DNA of 64,000 nt from Sulfurospirillum sp. UBA4058 (GCA_002382085.1 DFZK01000014.1:15653-79652), one strand, 5' to 3'. Positions 17,268 through 29,100 are shown, numbered from the stretch's first letter. Made by a program: numbers and translations. The notes: generated by a model from the letters alone, not told the origin.

Positions 17268-19076
17268 TCAAATCTGAAAATGTTTCAAAAAAATCGGGTC
17301 GTTTTTGACGAAACCGCGTTCAATCAGGTTTTGAATCGTTGCCGGATCGCACGTCGTGTCATCCGGCCACTCCCTACGATAACCGTCAAGTTCCGTCTTC
17401 ATCGTCGCATCGATACCGATGAATTCATTCTCGATAAAAATATCACGCAACGCATCGATATTATTGACCACGCGCCAAAGGAGCATATACGCATTATCGA
17501 CGCTGTTGCTTTCATAATCTACGATTACAAAAAGCTTGAGATGATCGCTTAAGGGTTTCAAGGCTTCATAAATCTCTTTTCCGTTACGTTTTTTCTCAAT
17601 TGCCAAAACACAAATCGGCGTTTTAGTCTGCGTTTTGTACTGTTTCAACGCTTTTATTTCAGGAACAAGCGTAGTCACTTTGAGTAAAAGCTCCTGATCG
17701 CTCAGCAAAGTTTTTACCCCCTCTTCTACCATTTCGCCCGTAGCATCGACTCCCAGTTTCCCGCCAAAGAGCGCATTGGGAGAAGCATGATCCAAGGCGT
17801 CGCAAACACCTTCGCTAATGAGCAAACGTTTAGCACTCAAACGATCCAAGATATAATCGCTGATTTTCTCATAATCACTTAAAGCAGGCGCGTTTTCATC
17901 GACAAAGAGCGCATGCTTGACAAAGCTCATCTGCCCTACACCCCAAAATGCGTGCATAAATTGCTTAGCATGACCCGGATAAAGCACGTTCATCTTGGCT
18001 AAAATAAGATTGTGAAAAACACCGTTTTCGGGCATATTGTAGTCGATCAGATCGGGAGCGGTCGTTTTTAAGAGCGGCAAAAAGATACGCTCCGTCGCCC
18101 ACCCCATGTATTTATCCTCAAGCGGCGGTTTACCCACGACCGTGGCTTGATAGATTGGTTTTTCTTTACATGTAATGCAACTCACGTCCATGACGGGATA
18201 CGGCTCTTTGAGCGTGTAATAGCCCGTATGATCGCCAAAAGGCCCTTCAATTTCCATCTTACTCGGATCGACCCAACCTTCGATCACGATGTCGGTATCT
18301 TCGGGAATGTAAATCGGATTCGTTAAAGACTTCACCAAACGCGCGTTTTGATCTTTGATAAAACCGTAAAGCAAGAGTTCAAACATACCGATCGGCATCG
18401 GTGCTTGACCGCACCAAATATACAGAGGATCGCCGCCGATAGCAACGCTTACGGGCATTTTTTTGCCCGCTTTTTGATACTCATGGAAAAAATGCGCGCT
18501 ATCTTTGTGAATCTGCCAGTGCATTCCCAGACGATTCTTGTCATACACTTGCAGGCGGTACATACCGAGATTTTGCTTCGTACCGTCCAAACTTTGCGTA
18601 TAGACCTGCCCCATCGTGATGAACGGTCCGCCGTCTTGCGGCCACGTCGTTAAAATCGGAAAATCGTAAAGATTGGGTTCCGCGTAGACTTTCGTTTGAC
18701 AAACGCCCTTTTTGGAAAGACGTTTCGGAAGCGCGTTTTTAAGATTGAAAAGCGTTCCGAGCATCCCGAGTTTATCCATAAACGAGGTCGGCGGTTTCAT
18801 ATGCATCAAAGATTCGATCTGCTTGGCGACGTCGTCGGGATGTTTTCCGAAGATCAGTTCGGTCGCTTTTTTCGAACCGAAAACATTCATCAAAACCGGC
18901 ATATCAAACGCTTTTCCCAAACGCTTGCTGACGGGTTTGGTAAATAATAGCGCACGGGAGTCTTCTTTTTTAACTTCGATATACGCTAAATGCGGAATTT
19001 CAAGGTCAATGTCGAGTTCATCGTCAATGACGCGAAGCAAATCGTTTTGACGAAGCAGTTCAATGACGCGTTCCAT
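17268..19076 (-). CDS. UbiD-family decarboxylase (menaquinone/ubiquinone biosynthesis type)
   Basis: 602 aa with typical UbiD segments (GPFITMGQVYT, NLGMYRLQV, FGDHTGYYT). Confidence 0.85.
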   Translation of the reverse strand: MERVIELLRQNDLLRVIDDELDIDLEIPHLAYIEVKKEDSRALLFTKPVSKRLGKAFDMPVLMNVFGSKKATELIFGKHPDDVAKQIESLMHMKPPTSFMDKLGMLGTLFNLKNALPKRLSKKGVCQTKVYAEPNLYDFPILTTWPQDGGPFITMGQVYTQSLDGTKQNLGMYRLQVYDKNRLGMHWQIHKDSAHFFHEYQKAGKKMPVSVAIGGDPLYIWCGQAPMPIGMFELLLYGFIKDQNARLVKSLTNPIYIPEDTDIVIEGWVDPSKMEIEGPFGDHTGYYTLKEPYPVMDVSCITCKEKPIYQATVVGKPPLEDKYMGWATERIFLPLLKTTAPDLIDYNMPENGVFHNLILAKMNVLYPGHAKQFMHAFWGVGQMSFVKHALFVDENAPALSDYEKISDYILDRLSAKRLLISEGVCDALDHASPNALFGGKLGVDATGEMVEEGVKTLLSDQELLLKVTTLVPEIKALKQYKTQTKTPICVLAIEKKRNGKEIYEALKPLSDHLKLFVIVDYESNSVDNAYMLLWRVVNNIDALRDIFIENEFIGIDATMKTELDGYRREWPDDTTCDPATIQNLIERGFVKNDPIFLKHFQI

Positions 19077-19085
19077 GCTTTTTCC

Positions 19086-20030
19086 TTAAAATACTTCGTT
19101 GAGTGCCATTGCCTCGGCACGCTCTAAAAGTGCCTTAGCTCCGCGTTCTACTACCTTCTGTGCCAACATTTTACCGATGTTCGCATACTCTTCACGTCTC
19201 GTCGTCAGCGACTCAAACATCATTTCAGAACCGTCGGGCATACCCAAAATCGCCCTTACATGTAAGCTTTCGCCTTTAATTTCGGCGTTCACGCCGATGG
19301 GCACTTGACAACCGCCTTCTAAAATCGTTACGAAATCGCGTTCCACGCGTGTTTCGATAATCGCATCTTGATCGTTTAAAACCGATACCAAACGCTCGAC
19401 TTCGGGATCATCGACGATTTCGATACCCAAAGCCGCTTGTCCGGACGCAGGAATCATCACCTCTTTCGAAATCGGTACGAAATGTGCCACTTCATTCATT
19501 AAGCCTAAACGGTTAATGCCCGCACTCGCTAAAATAATCGCATCAAATTCGCCCTCTTTAAGCTTGCGAATACGCGTATTGACGTTACCTCGAAGATTTT
19601 TGATCACAAAATCGGGACGCAGTTTCAGTAACTGCATTCTACGTCTCAAACTCGTCGTTCCGACAACCGCACCGTGAGGTAATGTTTCCAAAGAGGTGTA
19701 TTTTTCGGAGAGCATCGCATCGCGTACGTCTTCTCGCTGAGTGATGACGCCCAACTTGAGTCCCGCAGGAAACTCCATCGGAACGTCTTTGAGACTGTGC
19801 ACGGCGATATGCGCCTCACCTCGAAGCATTGCTTCTTCCAACTCTTTCGTAAACAGTCCTTTACCGCCGATTTTGGCTAAAGGCGTATCTAAAATTTTAT
19901 CGCCTTTGGTCATCATAACGGAGAGTTCGACCTCCAAGCCCGGATGCGCTTTTTCAAGCTCCGCTTTGACGTGTTCGGATTGCCAGAGAGCAAGTTTACT
20001 TCCTCGGGTTGCAATGATTAATTTTTTCAT
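19086..20030 (-). CDS. hemC: hydroxymethylbilane synthase (porphobilinogen deaminase)
   Basis: [28 protein letters not shown]. Confidence 0.95.
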   Translation of the reverse strand: MKKLIIATRGSKLALWQSEHVKAELEKAHPGLEVELSVMMTKGDKILDTPLAKIGGKGLFTKELEEAMLRGEAHIAVHSLKDVPMEFPAGLKLGVITQREDVRDAMLSEKYTSLETLPHGAVVGTTSLRRRMQLLKLRPDFVIKNLRGNVNTRIRKLKEGEFDAIILASAGINRLGLMNEVAHFVPISKEVMIPASGQAALGIEIVDDPEVERLVSVLNDQDAIIETRVERDFVTILEGGCQVPIGVNAEIKGESLHVRAILGMPDGSEMMFESLTTRREEYANIGKMLAQKVVERGAKALLERAEAMALNEVF

Positions 20031-20887
20031 TTGGACTCTTTCATAAACGTTTTATACACTTTTTTCGTATCGTCTTTTTTGCCGTCGACGTAGATTGTCG
20101 GCGTAGCGTTAATCATCATCGCTTGCGCGAATGCAAGATCGTCGTTCAAGCGCTTGAGGATAGAAGCTTGGTTGATCTCTTGGAGCGTAAAGCGTTTGTC
20201 GAATGTTTTGTTGAAAATATCTAAAATTTTTTGTTCGTCTTTTTCTTGAATATCCAAATATGCCTTGTAAACTTTTTGAGTGATCGCTTTATCGCCTTTT
20301 TCCTCGGCTAAAAGTATCGCTTTAACCAAGGTAGGAGACGCCGGATGAATCGAAAGCGGAAAGTGATAGTAAAACAGTGCAAACGTTTCGGGATTTTTTT
20401 GAACGTCCGCGATCACTTCGGGCACGAAATCCATACAAAACGGGCATAATGGATCGCTAAAAATAACCAACTTATGCGGTGCATCGAAATTGCCTAGAAG
20501 CAGATGCTCTTTATCGTAAGCGTTTGCGTCCATATCGAGCGAGAAGCGGCTTTTGATGCTTCGTTTATTGCCCAGTGCGGTGAAATCTTTACTAAACAAA
20601 ACGCCGTCGGAGAAGACGACGTCGCTAAGCGATACGGTTTTACTGCCGTCTTTAAGCTTCAAATCGATACGCACGAAATAAACCGTCCAGCCTGCGATCT
20701 CTTTAAGCGGTTCTTTTTTGACGATCGTCGCTTTTTCAAGCGTATAGTTTTCGTTGCTACTGAGGGCTTGTTCTAAAAAAGCGAGAACCTTTTGATCGGA
20801 TGATTCTTTCTTTTCCGACGCCGCAAAGAGGGAAAGATTACTTAAGAGTGCGAGTATCGTCAATAACTTCAACATCGATAACTTCAT
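20027..20887 (-). CDS. periplasmic thiol:disulfide oxidoreductase, DsbA/DsbG-like
   Basis: Signal peptide begins at [15 protein letters not shown] (ATG 20887 after AGGAAA). CPFC active site. Confidence 0.7.
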   Translation of the reverse strand: MKLSMLKLLTILALLSNLSLFAASEKKESSDQKVLAFLEQALSSNENYTLEKATIVKKEPLKEIAGWTVYFVRIDLKLKDGSKTVSLSDVVFSDGVLFSKDFTALGNKRSIKSRFSLDMDANAYDKEHLLLGNFDAPHKLVIFSDPLCPFCMDFVPEVIADVQKNPETFALFYYHFPLSIHPASPTLVKAILLAEEKGDKAITQKVYKAYLDIQEKDEQKILDIFNKTFDKRFTLQEINQASILKRLNDDLAFAQAMMINATPTIYVDGKKDDTKKVYKTFMKESK

Positions 20888-21263
20888 CGTGATTTCCTTT
20901 GCTAAAATGGGGAGGTGTCGTTTTTTCCTCGCCGACATGTAAAAGTTTGGAGACAATCAGCGTCATCATAGAACTAAATTGGAGTAAAAGTCCTACGATA
21001 TCGCCTAAAAAACCGGGGAGTATCAATAAAATCGCACCGACGATCGTCCAAAGGTTCAAACGTTGAAACGACGACAGGCTAATCTCTCCTTGCATCAAAG
21101 CGTTCATGTTCTGCATCAATGTTGCGCGCATATTGGCGAGAATGACGAGTCCGACCAAGGCGGAAAACACCATCTCGACAAAGGTTGCCACCGCGCCGAT
21201 CCACGAGGTTATATTGACGGTTACGACCACTTCCAAGAAAAGATAAATTAAAAAATATTTCAC
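20838..21263 (-). CDS. fxsA: FxsA family membrane protein
   Basis: N-terminal pattern [14 protein letters not shown]...WIG and a TM-rich 141-aa protein. Confidence 0.7.
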   Translation of the reverse strand: MKYFLIYLFLEVVVTVNITSWIGAVATFVEMVFSALVGLVILANMRATLMQNMNALMQGEISLSSFQRLNLWTIVGAILLILPGFLGDIVGLLLQFSSMMTLIVSKLLHVGEEKTTPPHFSKGNHDEVIDVEVIDDTRTLK

Positions 21264-22963
21264 GCGAGCAACTCTTTGAGTTTGGCATAAGCGTCTTCTT
21301 TTTTCACGACGGTTTTGTCCAATGTTTTACGTTCGACGATCTCGACAAAACCTTCTTCCAGTTCTTTACCGACGATTAAAGCATACGGGAAGCCGATCAA
21401 TTCGAAATCTTTCATTTTAAAACCGAAACGCTCGCTTCGATCGTCCCACAATACATTGACGCCTTCATCGTGAAGTTTCGTATACAGTGCTTCGGCAAAT
21501 GCATTTTGTGCGTCGTCTTTGCTATTGGAAACAATCATATCTAAAACGTAAGGCGCGGTTTGTGTGTTCCAAATACACCCTTTATCGTCATGGCTGGCTT
21601 CAATCATCACGGCAACCAATCGACTTACGCCGATACCGTAGCAGCCCATATAAAACGGTTGAGCTTTGCCGTTTTTATCCAAGAAGGTTGCACCCATCGC
21701 TTTGGCGTATTTTTGTCCGAGTTGGAAAATATGTCCGACTTCAATGCCTTTGGTGACGTGAAGCGTGCCGCCGCAACATGCGCATCGATCATCGGCACGA
21801 ACGGAAACAAGGTCTTTATAACGCTCTTCTTTAAAATTGAACATCGAAACACCGACAAAGTGGTAATCGACTTCGTTTGCTCCGCAAATGAGATTTTTTG
21901 CTTCTTTGAGTTCAAGATCGATGTAAAAACGGACGTTTTCTAAACCGACGGGTCCGATAAAACCGGCATATAACCCCGCCTTTTCAACCTCTTCCAAGCT
22001 TGCGTCGACCAAATCCAAAGCACCGCACGCATTTTGCGCTTTTGTTTCTTGAAGTTCGTCGTCGCCGCGGACGAAGAAGACGACCACTTCTTCTTTGTCG
22101 ACATAGATTGCTTTTTTCACGACGGCTTTGATACTGTAAAACGGATCGACTTTGAAAAACGCACTGACATCGTCAATCGTCTTCATATCGGGTGTTTTAA
22201 ACTTTCCGAAATTGGCTTCGGGTGCTTGGACGGCGGTTGTTTTAGGAGCACGTTTTGCCGCTTCGACGTTGGCGGCGTATGCGCAATTTTGGCATACGAC
22301 GATGTCGTCTTCGCCGTTTTGCGCCAAGACCATAAACTCTTTGCTACCGCTTCCTCCGATGGCACCGCTGTCGGCTTCAACCGCTCGGAAATCAAGCCCC
22401 AAACGCGTAAAGATTTTGGTGTAGGTCTTCTCCATCACTGCGAACTCTTCTTTCATACTCGCTTCGTCTTCATGAAAGCTATACCCGTCTTTCATCGTAA
22501 ATTCGCGACCGCGTAAAAGTCCAAAACGAGGGCGTGCCTCGTCACGGAATTTCGTCGTAATTTGATACAAATGAAGCGGAAGCTGTTTGTAGCTGTTAAT
22601 GCGATTACGAACGATGTCGACGACCACTTCTTCGTGCGTCGGTCCCAAAACAAATTCGTTTTCTTTGCGATCTTTAAAACGGCATAACTCTTTACCGAAA
22701 ACGTCGTAACGTCCGCTTTGTTTCCACAATTCCGCCGGCGTTACGACATCCATTTGAATCTCTTGCGCTCCGGTTTTATCCATCTCTTCTTTGACGACGT
22801 TTTTGATCTTATCAAAGACGATTTTTCCCATCGGCAGAAAGTTATACAATCCGCTTCCGACTTGAGAGATAAAACCGCCGCGTACTAAATATTGATGGCT
22901 AGGAAGCGTTGCATCTTTAGGCGCATCTTTGGTCGTCGGTGCATAGAGTTTGGAAAATTTCAT
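21260..22963 (-). CDS. proS: proline--tRNA ligase
   Basis: Class II aaRS motifs, bacterial type with insertion domain, 567 aa. Confidence 0.95.
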   Translation of the reverse strand: MKFSKLYAPTTKDAPKDATLPSHQYLVRGGFISQVGSGLYNFLPMGKIVFDKIKNVVKEEMDKTGAQEIQMDVVTPAELWKQSGRYDVFGKELCRFKDRKENEFVLGPTHEEVVVDIVRNRINSYKQLPLHLYQITTKFRDEARPRFGLLRGREFTMKDGYSFHEDEASMKEEFAVMEKTYTKIFTRLGLDFRAVEADSGAIGGSGSKEFMVLAQNGEDDIVVCQNCAYAANVEAAKRAPKTTAVQAPEANFGKFKTPDMKTIDDVSAFFKVDPFYSIKAVVKKAIYVDKEEVVVFFVRGDDELQETKAQNACGALDLVDASLEEVEKAGLYAGFIGPVGLENVRFYIDLELKEAKNLICGANEVDYHFVGVSMFNFKEERYKDLVSVRADDRCACCGGTLHVTKGIEVGHIFQLGQKYAKAMGATFLDKNGKAQPFYMGCYGIGVSRLVAVMIEASHDDKGCIWNTQTAPYVLDMIVSNSKDDAQNAFAEALYTKLHDEGVNVLWDDRSERFGFKMKDFELIGFPYALIVGKELEEGFVEIVERKTLDKTVVKKEDAYAKLKELLA

Positions 22964-24264
22964 TTAAGTACTCCCATTTGGTATTCGCATTTATAAAGGT
23001 TGAGTTGTTTGGTTTGGTCTTCGTTAATATCGAAAATGTATTGAACCGCTTGTACGATGGTATCGGCTTCGGGCTTCTCGGCAACTTCTTTGAGGTTTTT
23101 CGTCGCGGAATGTAAAAAAGAGTTAAACGCATGGTGCAAGACCTTGGAAACTTGATCTTGTAACTCCTCGGGAATATAGCCTTTTTTGACCGCCCGCTCC
23201 AACTCTTGCATCGAACAGGTTTTAGCATGGTCTCGAATCTCTTTAATAATCGGATCGACGCACATGCTCTGCAACCATTTAAAAAAGTCCATAGTCGCGC
23301 GCCCGACGATGCTATAGGCAACTTTTGCCTGTTCTTCGCGGAGCGACATGTTACGGTTGACGATCTCTTCCAAATCGTCGACGGCAAAGACGTGCAAGTG
23401 TGCATGTTCGTTAACGTCGATATCGCGAGGCACGGCAATATCGAACCAATAACGAGAAAAATCCCTCTCTTCGACCATATCGTCGGTAATCACGCTGTGC
23501 GGCGCACCCGTCGCCGAAAAAACCAAACGGTAACGATTGATAAACTCCGTCAGTTTCGCATACGGTGCCACGGTGGCAAGTTCGCCTAATTCGTTCGCCA
23601 ATTCTTGCGCACGCTCGATATTGCGGTTGATAATAATTAAATTGACCCCGCTTGCGACTAAATGTTTCGCCGCAAGTTGACTCATTTCTCCGGCACCGAC
23701 GATCAATGCCGTCAGACCGCCTAAATTACCGAGTAAGTCTTTGGCTTTGCTAACGGCAACGCTGGAAACGGAAACGGGACTTTTGGAGATGTCGGTACGA
23801 CTGCGAACTTCCGCCGCGCAACGAAAGGCATGATGCATCGCACGGCCGAGTTTTTGCCCGCAAAAATTGTGTTCAAAGGCATACTTAAACGCATCTTTGA
23901 GCTGTCCGGCGATTTGTGTTTCACCGATCACCAAACTATCTAACGAAGAACTGACGGTAAAAAGATGATGAATAGCACCGTTATCTTCATACACGTCGGC
24001 TCTTCCTTCCAAATCCTCTCTTGCAATACTCGAGACCTGAGAAAGCAACTCAAACGTATCGCTCAGAGCCGAAGAGATGTCCGATACGCTCGCGATGATT
24101 TCGACACGATTGCATGTCGAAAGTAAAATCACTTCATTCACCGCGGCACACGCTTTGAGAGCCGTCATAAAATGAACGCTTTTTTCTTCAGAGTTAAACG
24201 CCAATTTTTCCCGAATTTTAATGTCGGTATTTTTATGGGTAAAACTAACAGTCATATAATGCAT
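22960..24264 (-). CDS. hemA: glutamyl-tRNA reductase
   Basis: LSTCNRVEI catalytic Cys motif; NADPH site IVGAGEMS. Confidence 0.95.
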   Translation of the reverse strand: MHYMTVSFTHKNTDIKIREKLAFNSEEKSVHFMTALKACAAVNEVILLSTCNRVEIIASVSDISSALSDTFELLSQVSSIAREDLEGRADVYEDNGAIHHLFTVSSSLDSLVIGETQIAGQLKDAFKYAFEHNFCGQKLGRAMHHAFRCAAEVRSRTDISKSPVSVSSVAVSKAKDLLGNLGGLTALIVGAGEMSQLAAKHLVASGVNLIIINRNIERAQELANELGELATVAPYAKLTEFINRYRLVFSATGAPHSVITDDMVEERDFSRYWFDIAVPRDIDVNEHAHLHVFAVDDLEEIVNRNMSLREEQAKVAYSIVGRATMDFFKWLQSMCVDPIIKEIRDHAKTCSMQELERAVKKGYIPEELQDQVSKVLHHAFNSFLHSATKNLKEVAEKPEADTIVQAVQYIFDINEDQTKQLNLYKCEYQMGVLK

Positions 24265-25160
24265 TAAAATTTCCTCTCTATCATCTCGCGCATAATAGCG
24301 CCGAGTCCTACGTCTTCTTCGTTCGAAATTACATGTAAGGCTTCATAACCGAGCTTTTTCGCATAGGAAAGCGCATCTTCCAATCCTTGCGTCTCAGCCA
24401 TCTTCTGCTTAATCCACGCACTTTGCGCCGCGTCTAAAGGCTTCGCAAACAAGGAAAGCAAAACGGAACGATCTTTCGCGTCTAACTTTCGGTACGTATA
24501 AAGATAAGGTAAGGTCGTCTTTCCTTCTTTAAAATCGTTCAAAGAAGGTTTTCCGAGCGTTTCGCTCGATTGGGTGATATCCAAAATATCGTCGATAATT
24601 TGAAACGCCAATCCTAAGTTTTTACCGTAAAGAGCATAAATATCGGGATTTTTACCGGCAAGAATCGCGGCGGAAGCGGCGGAAGCTTCGATTAAAGACG
24701 CCGTTTTTTTATAAATCATATCCATGTAGCGTTCTTCGTCTGCATTAAACGCATCGGCAAGTTCGACGTCCAAAAGCTCACCCACGGAAAGAAGCGAAAC
24801 GGCGTTTGAGATCGTAAAAGCAATCTTTGGAGGTAAAAACGTCAATGCGCTAAACCCTTTGGAATACAGAATATCGCCGAGCATAATCGCGGTTTTATTG
24901 CCGAAAAGCGCATTTAACGAAGCTTCTCCGCGCCTCGTATCCGCATCGTCAATCACATCGTCGTGCAGTAAACTTGCGGCGTGAATCAATTCGACGATCG
25001 CCGCCAAGCGAATAGACTCTTCGCTGACGCCCGCAATTTTTAAAATCAATTTTGCGCGTAAACGCTTACCTTTTGGAACCTGATGAAACAGTTCAACACT
25101 TCTCGCATCCTTTAAAGAGGCGACCATTTCTAGCATCGCATTTTCGACTTTTTCCAGCAC
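24264..25160 (-). CDS. ispB: polyprenyl (octaprenyl-type) diphosphate synthase
   Basis: LLHDDVIDD and IIDDILD aspartate-rich motifs. Confidence 0.85.
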   Translation of the reverse strand: MLEKVENAMLEMVASLKDARSVELFHQVPKGKRLRAKLILKIAGVSEESIRLAAIVELIHAASLLHDDVIDDADTRRGEASLNALFGNKTAIMLGDILYSKGFSALTFLPPKIAFTISNAVSLLSVGELLDVELADAFNADEERYMDMIYKKTASLIEASAASAAILAGKNPDIYALYGKNLGLAFQIIDDILDITQSSETLGKPSLNDFKEGKTTLPYLYTYRKLDAKDRSVLLSLFAKPLDAAQSAWIKQKMAETQGLEDALSYAKKLGYEALHVISNEEDVGLGAIMREMIERKF

Positions 25161-25172
25161 GCTTTTCCTACC

Positions 25173-25631
25173 CTACTCTGTTTTTTTCGGTTTAAACTCT
25201 ACTTCTATTCTGTTGGCTTCATCGGCAATCGAAACATCGATATACGCCGTTTTTCCGGTTTGATTAAAATCATAAAATTGTATTCGGGCATACGTTTGCG
25301 ACGTGACCGGATTTACTCCGACAGGCAACAAAGGAACGACGACGTTTTGCAACGGATACTTTTTTTCTAAAATATATTGCGTCGGATAACCGCGATAGTT
25401 GACCAAAAGCGTCAACATATTGTTGGTAAAAAGCGTCCAACGGAGCCGAAGCAAATATTCATTGTTCGGATTGTCGGCCGTCGGCTTTTTCGTTACCTCT
25501 TTATGGTTGATAAACACCAAGCCCTGCTCGTCTTTTTTCAAAATAAAACGATGCTCATACTTATAAGTTTCGGCATCGCAGGTCGAAAAAATCAGTGCAA
25601 CGACACCAAACAAAAAGGCTATTTTACTCAT
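25173..25631 (-). CDS. hypothetical exported/lipoprotein
   Basis: N-terminal signal with the lipobox-like ALIFSTC. Confidence 0.45.
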   Translation of the reverse strand: MSKIAFLFGVVALIFSTCDAETYKYEHRFILKKDEQGLVFINHKEVTKKPTADNPNNEYLLRLRWTLFTNNMLTLLVNYRGYPTQYILEKKYPLQNVVVPLLPVGVNPVTSQTYARIQFYDFNQTGKTAYIDVSIADEANRIEVEFKPKKTE

Positions 25632-25902
25632 TTTGAGTTAATATTTCCCCAACGGCGGCAATAAAAAAGTCGTTATTGCGATTTAAAATCGCATCGGGTT
25701 CTTCGGCAAGCATGTTTTCAACCGCACGGTACGCTTCTTCCTCACCTAACATCTTTTCCAATAAAAGCTCCATAGCACTCAAACGATCGATCGTTTCTAA
25801 AAGCTTTTGCTCGACCAACGATTTGTTGGCGTGAAAAACAATATCAAAAAACTTACTTTTTGCGGAGCCTACTAAAAAATCGTCTTCGTCTTCGTATAAC
25901 AT
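25624..25902 (-). CDS. hypothetical small acidic protein
   Basis: ORF overlapping the downstream gene start by 8 nt; no family recognised. Confidence 0.4.
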   Translation of the reverse strand: MLYEDEDDFLVGSAKSKFFDIVFHANKSLVEQKLLETIDRLSAMELLLEKMLGEEEAYRAVENMLAEEPDAILNRNNDFFIAAVGEILTQNE

Positions 25903-26316
25903 CGTTGCATCCTCAAATCGTTGAACGTTTGATTCGATTATAGCTTTTCTCTTCTGAAAAAGGGCTTCTACATGTCAAAGTATCCTATGCCTTTTCAACT
26001 AACACGGCGTTAGTTTATCCTTGTTTTTCGGTTGTTTCGCACAGTGACAAAATCCCGTAATATAGCTATTTACATAAAATAATATGTATAATAATCTGTA
26101 TAAATTAGTCCGTTAGTTTATGGTTTAAAAATGATCGCCGCGTATTATTGCGATTCAAATCGATCTCAATCCTTTAACCGACACTACCGACCTTTTGCCC
26201 TCCTCCGTTAAAAACTCCGGCATCTTTTCTATAAATATATATAGACGATCATAATGCATGTGTTAGCCTCGGGACACCACGAGAAACTATAATCTTTAGT
26301 TTTTTTATAAAGATAC

Positions 26317-26345
26317 TTGACATTGTAAAAAAAATTGTCTATACT
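26317..26345 (+). promoter_or_regulatory. near-consensus sigma70-type promoter of metY
   Basis: TTGACA (26317-26322), 17-nt spacer, TATACT (26340-26345). It lies inside the tracked ORF's spurious N-terminal extension. Confidence 0.65.
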
Positions 26346-26376
26346 TTCAGCAGCAAAACTCAAAAAAGGATTGAAC

Positions 26377-27639
26377 ATGCATCAAGAAACACTTGCTCTT
26401 CACTACGGTTACGATAAACAAGCGTTCGGTACGATGTCGGTTCCGGTTTATCAAACGACGGCATACGATTTCGGTTCGGCAGAGACGGCCGCCGATCGTT
26501 TTGCTCTTCGAGAGCTCGGACCTATTTATACAAGACTGAACAATCCGACCACGGACGTATTGGAAGCGCGTATTGCCGCTTTAGAAAGCGCAGAAGCAGC
26601 CATTGCGACCGCCAGCGGACAAGCGGCCATTTTCTACGCGATCGCCAATTTGGCAGAAGCCGGCGACAATATTATCGTCGCCAAAAAAATCTACGGCGGA
26701 GCGACGACGCTTCTGACCCATACGCTGAAGCGTTTCGGCATTCATGCGAAAGTGTTTGAAAGCGATCATGCCGATGATTTGGAAGCATTAATCGACGATA
26801 AGACCAAAGCGATCTTTTTCGAATCGCTTTCCAATCCGCAAATCGCTATCCCCAACATCGAAAAAATCGTCTCTATTGCGCAAAAACATGCCGTAGTCAC
26901 CGTCTGCGACAATACCGTCGCAACACCGATTTTATTTCAACCGCTCTTAAGCGGCATCGACGTCAGCGTCCACAGTGCGAGTAAATACATTAACGGACAA
27001 GGCAGTGCTATCGGCGGTTTAATCGTCGAAGCCAAAGGCTTAAACGCCAAGTTGATCGGCAATCCGCGCTATGCACATTTTAACGAGCCCGACGAAAGTT
27101 ACCACGGTTTAGTGTATGCAAGCCTGCCGTTCCCGATCTTTTCACTCAGGATTCGTTTGTCGCTCATTCGCGATATCGGCGCAACGTTATCGCCGTATAA
27201 CGCGTGGTTGTTGATTCAAGGATTGGAGACCTTGGCATTACGTATGAAAGAGCACTCTTCCAATGCGTACAAAGTCGCGGCATTTTTAAAAGCGCATCCC
27301 AAAGTCATAAACGTTTCGTACCCAGGGCTCGAGAGCGATCCTTTACATGTAAGGGCAAAACGGTATTTTAAAAACGCGCAAACATCGGGTTTACTCAGCT
27401 TTGAAGTCGAAGGATTGGCGTTTGCCAAACAGATTTTAAACACGACCAAACTCTTTAGCGTCGTCGTCAATATCGGCGATTCCAAGTCGATTATCACGCA
27501 TCCGGCAAGCACGACGCACCAACAGCTTTCCAAAGAAGAGTTGGAAAAAGCGGGCATTAAAGAGGGTTTAATTCGCCTGAGTATCGGACTTGAAAACGTC
27601 GACGACTTAATCGAAGACTTGAAAATTGCATTAGGATAA
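26377..27639 (+). CDS. metY: O-acetylhomoserine sulfhydrylase (Cys/Met metabolism PLP enzyme)
   Basis: ATG 26377 after AAAGGA. ETLALHYGY N-terminus; PLP-lysine motif SASKYINGQG. Confidence 0.85.
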   Translation: MHQETLALHYGYDKQAFGTMSVPVYQTTAYDFGSAETAADRFALRELGPIYTRLNNPTTDVLEARIAALESAEAAIATASGQAAIFYAIANLAEAGDNIIVAKKIYGGATTLLTHTLKRFGIHAKVFESDHADDLEALIDDKTKAIFFESLSNPQIAIPNIEKIVSIAQKHAVVTVCDNTVATPILFQPLLSGIDVSVHSASKYINGQGSAIGGLIVEAKGLNAKLIGNPRYAHFNEPDESYHGLVYASLPFPIFSLRIRLSLIRDIGATLSPYNAWLLIQGLETLALRMKEHSSNAYKVAAFLKAHPKVINVSYPGLESDPLHVRAKRYFKNAQTSGLLSFEVEGLAFAKQILNTTKLFSVVVNIGDSKSIITHPASTTHQQLSKEELEKAGIKEGLIRLSIGLENVDDLIEDLKIALG

Positions 27640-27648
27640 GGAGCTTAC

Positions 27649-28062
27649 ATGTCGTTACTCTCAACCAAAGGAATGTACGGGCTCAATGCGATGTATCAGC
27701 TTTTTTTAGCCAAAAGCGAAAAGCCGATGCAAATCAAAGAGATTTCGCATCGAGCGCATATTCCGCAGAACTATTTGGAACAACTTTTAATCTTACTACG
27801 CCAAGCAGGCTTAGTCACAAGCGTTCGAGGTGCCTACGGAGGCTATTTATTGGCTAAAAATGCGCAAGATATTTTGATCAAAGATATCTTAATCGCGCTC
27901 GAGGGAAAACTCACGGTGGTCGATAGCGAAATTAAAGATCCCGTATTGCAACTCTTTTATGAAGAGAGCAATGCTAAAATTCAAGAGATCTTTACGATTC
28001 CGTTATCCGATTTTTCGATTTATATCGAGCGTTTCAACGCTCAACTCAACTATTCGATTTAA
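27649..28062 (+). CDS. Rrf2-family transcriptional regulator (CymR/IscR-like)
   Basis: wHTH ISHRAHIPQNYLEQLLILLRQAGLVTSVRGAYGGYLL; located between metY and cysK. Confidence 0.85.
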   Translation: MSLLSTKGMYGLNAMYQLFLAKSEKPMQIKEISHRAHIPQNYLEQLLILLRQAGLVTSVRGAYGGYLLAKNAQDILIKDILIALEGKLTVVDSEIKDPVLQLFYEESNAKIQEIFTIPLSDFSIYIERFNAQLNYSI

Positions 28063-28075
28063 GAAAGGAATTCAC

Positions 28076-29005
28076 ATGTATGCACAAAACGTCACCGAAT
28101 TGATCGGCAATACGCCTTTGGTGAAGCTCAATACGGCTTCTAACGCCTCCGATGCCCTCGTTTTAGGTAAATGCGAATTTTTAAACCCTTCGCATTCGGT
28201 GAAAGACCGTATCGGGTTCAATATGATTAAAACGGCCCTCGACAAAGGTCTTATCGATCAAAATAGCGTCATTATCGAGCCTACCAGCGGCAATACCGGT
28301 ATCGGTTTGGCAACCGTGTGCGCAAGCCTCGGACTCAAACTAATGCTGACGATGCCAAGTTCTATGAGCTTAGAGCGACGCAAACTCCTAGCAGCTTTGG
28401 GAGCGGAACTCGTGCTCACGGAACCAACGCTCGGTATGCGAGGCGCTGTCGAAAAAGCGACGGAACTTTCCAAAGAGATTCCAAACGCTTTCGTACCGCA
28501 ACAATTTGCCAACGAAGCCAATCCCGCCGCACATTACGCCACCACCGCAGAAGAAATTTGGAGAGATACCGACGGTAAAGTCGATATTCTGATTGCCGCC
28601 GTGGGAACGGGAGGTACGCTTACGGGTACGGGAAAACGCCTTAAAGAGTTAAATCCCGATATTCAAATTATTGCCGTCGAACCGGACACTTCTCCCGTTC
28701 TTTCGGGCGAAAATCCCGGACCGCACAAAATTCAAGGTATCGGTGCCGGATTTGTTCCCGCCGTCTTGGATACGAAACTATACCGAGAAGTCGTGAAAGT
28801 CAGCTACGATCATGCCGTCGAAACTTCGCGAAACCTTGCGAAACGCGAAGGATTGTTGGTAGGCATTTCCGCCGGAGCCAACGTCTACGTTGCTTCGCAA
28901 ATAGCCGCACGTCCGGAAAATAAAGGTAAAACGATCGTAACGATTTTATGCGATACGGGCGAGCGTTATTTAAGTTCGGGATTGTATGAGTATAAAGAGT
29001 CGTAA
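28076..29005 (+). CDS. cysK: cysteine synthase A (O-acetylserine sulfhydrylase)
   Basis: ATG 28076 after AAAGGAA. SVKDRIG PLP-lysine, TSGNTGIGLA, GTGGT. Confidence 0.9.
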   Translation: MYAQNVTELIGNTPLVKLNTASNASDALVLGKCEFLNPSHSVKDRIGFNMIKTALDKGLIDQNSVIIEPTSGNTGIGLATVCASLGLKLMLTMPSSMSLERRKLLAALGAELVLTEPTLGMRGAVEKATELSKEIPNAFVPQQFANEANPAAHYATTAEEIWRDTDGKVDILIAAVGTGGTLTGTGKRLKELNPDIQIIAVEPDTSPVLSGENPGPHKIQGIGAGFVPAVLDTKLYREVVKVSYDHAVETSRNLAKREGLLVGISAGANVYVASQIAARPENKGKTIVTILCDTGERYLSSGLYEYKES

Positions 29006-29025
29006 CCCGACTCTTTTGCTTTTTA
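28997..29025 (+). terminator. intrinsic terminator after cysK
   Basis: AGAGTCG-taacc-CGACTCT stem followed by TTTGCTTTTT. Confidence 0.6.
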
Positions 29026-29100
29026 ATTTTTAGAAAAATAGGATGCTTTTACGCATTTTATGCTACTATCTCGTATCGACGTAAAGGGGCGTGCGTACGA

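Noticed and set aside
26335-26376. N-terminal extensions in the ORF track: metY 26335, ackA 8559, cysK 27959, dsb-like 20956, panE 35289, nadE 44703, valS 29919, pta 6499, and the small gene at 3752
   Set aside because: Each has an internal ATG/GTG with a good Shine-Dalgarno site and a family-typical N-terminus. The extensions overlap upstream genes or, for metY, contain the promoter itself.
25903-26376. SAM riboswitch or T-box leader upstream of metY
   Set aside because: A near-consensus promoter lies only ~30 nt upstream of the RBS, leaving no room for a leader. No conserved riboswitch core was recognisable by eye.
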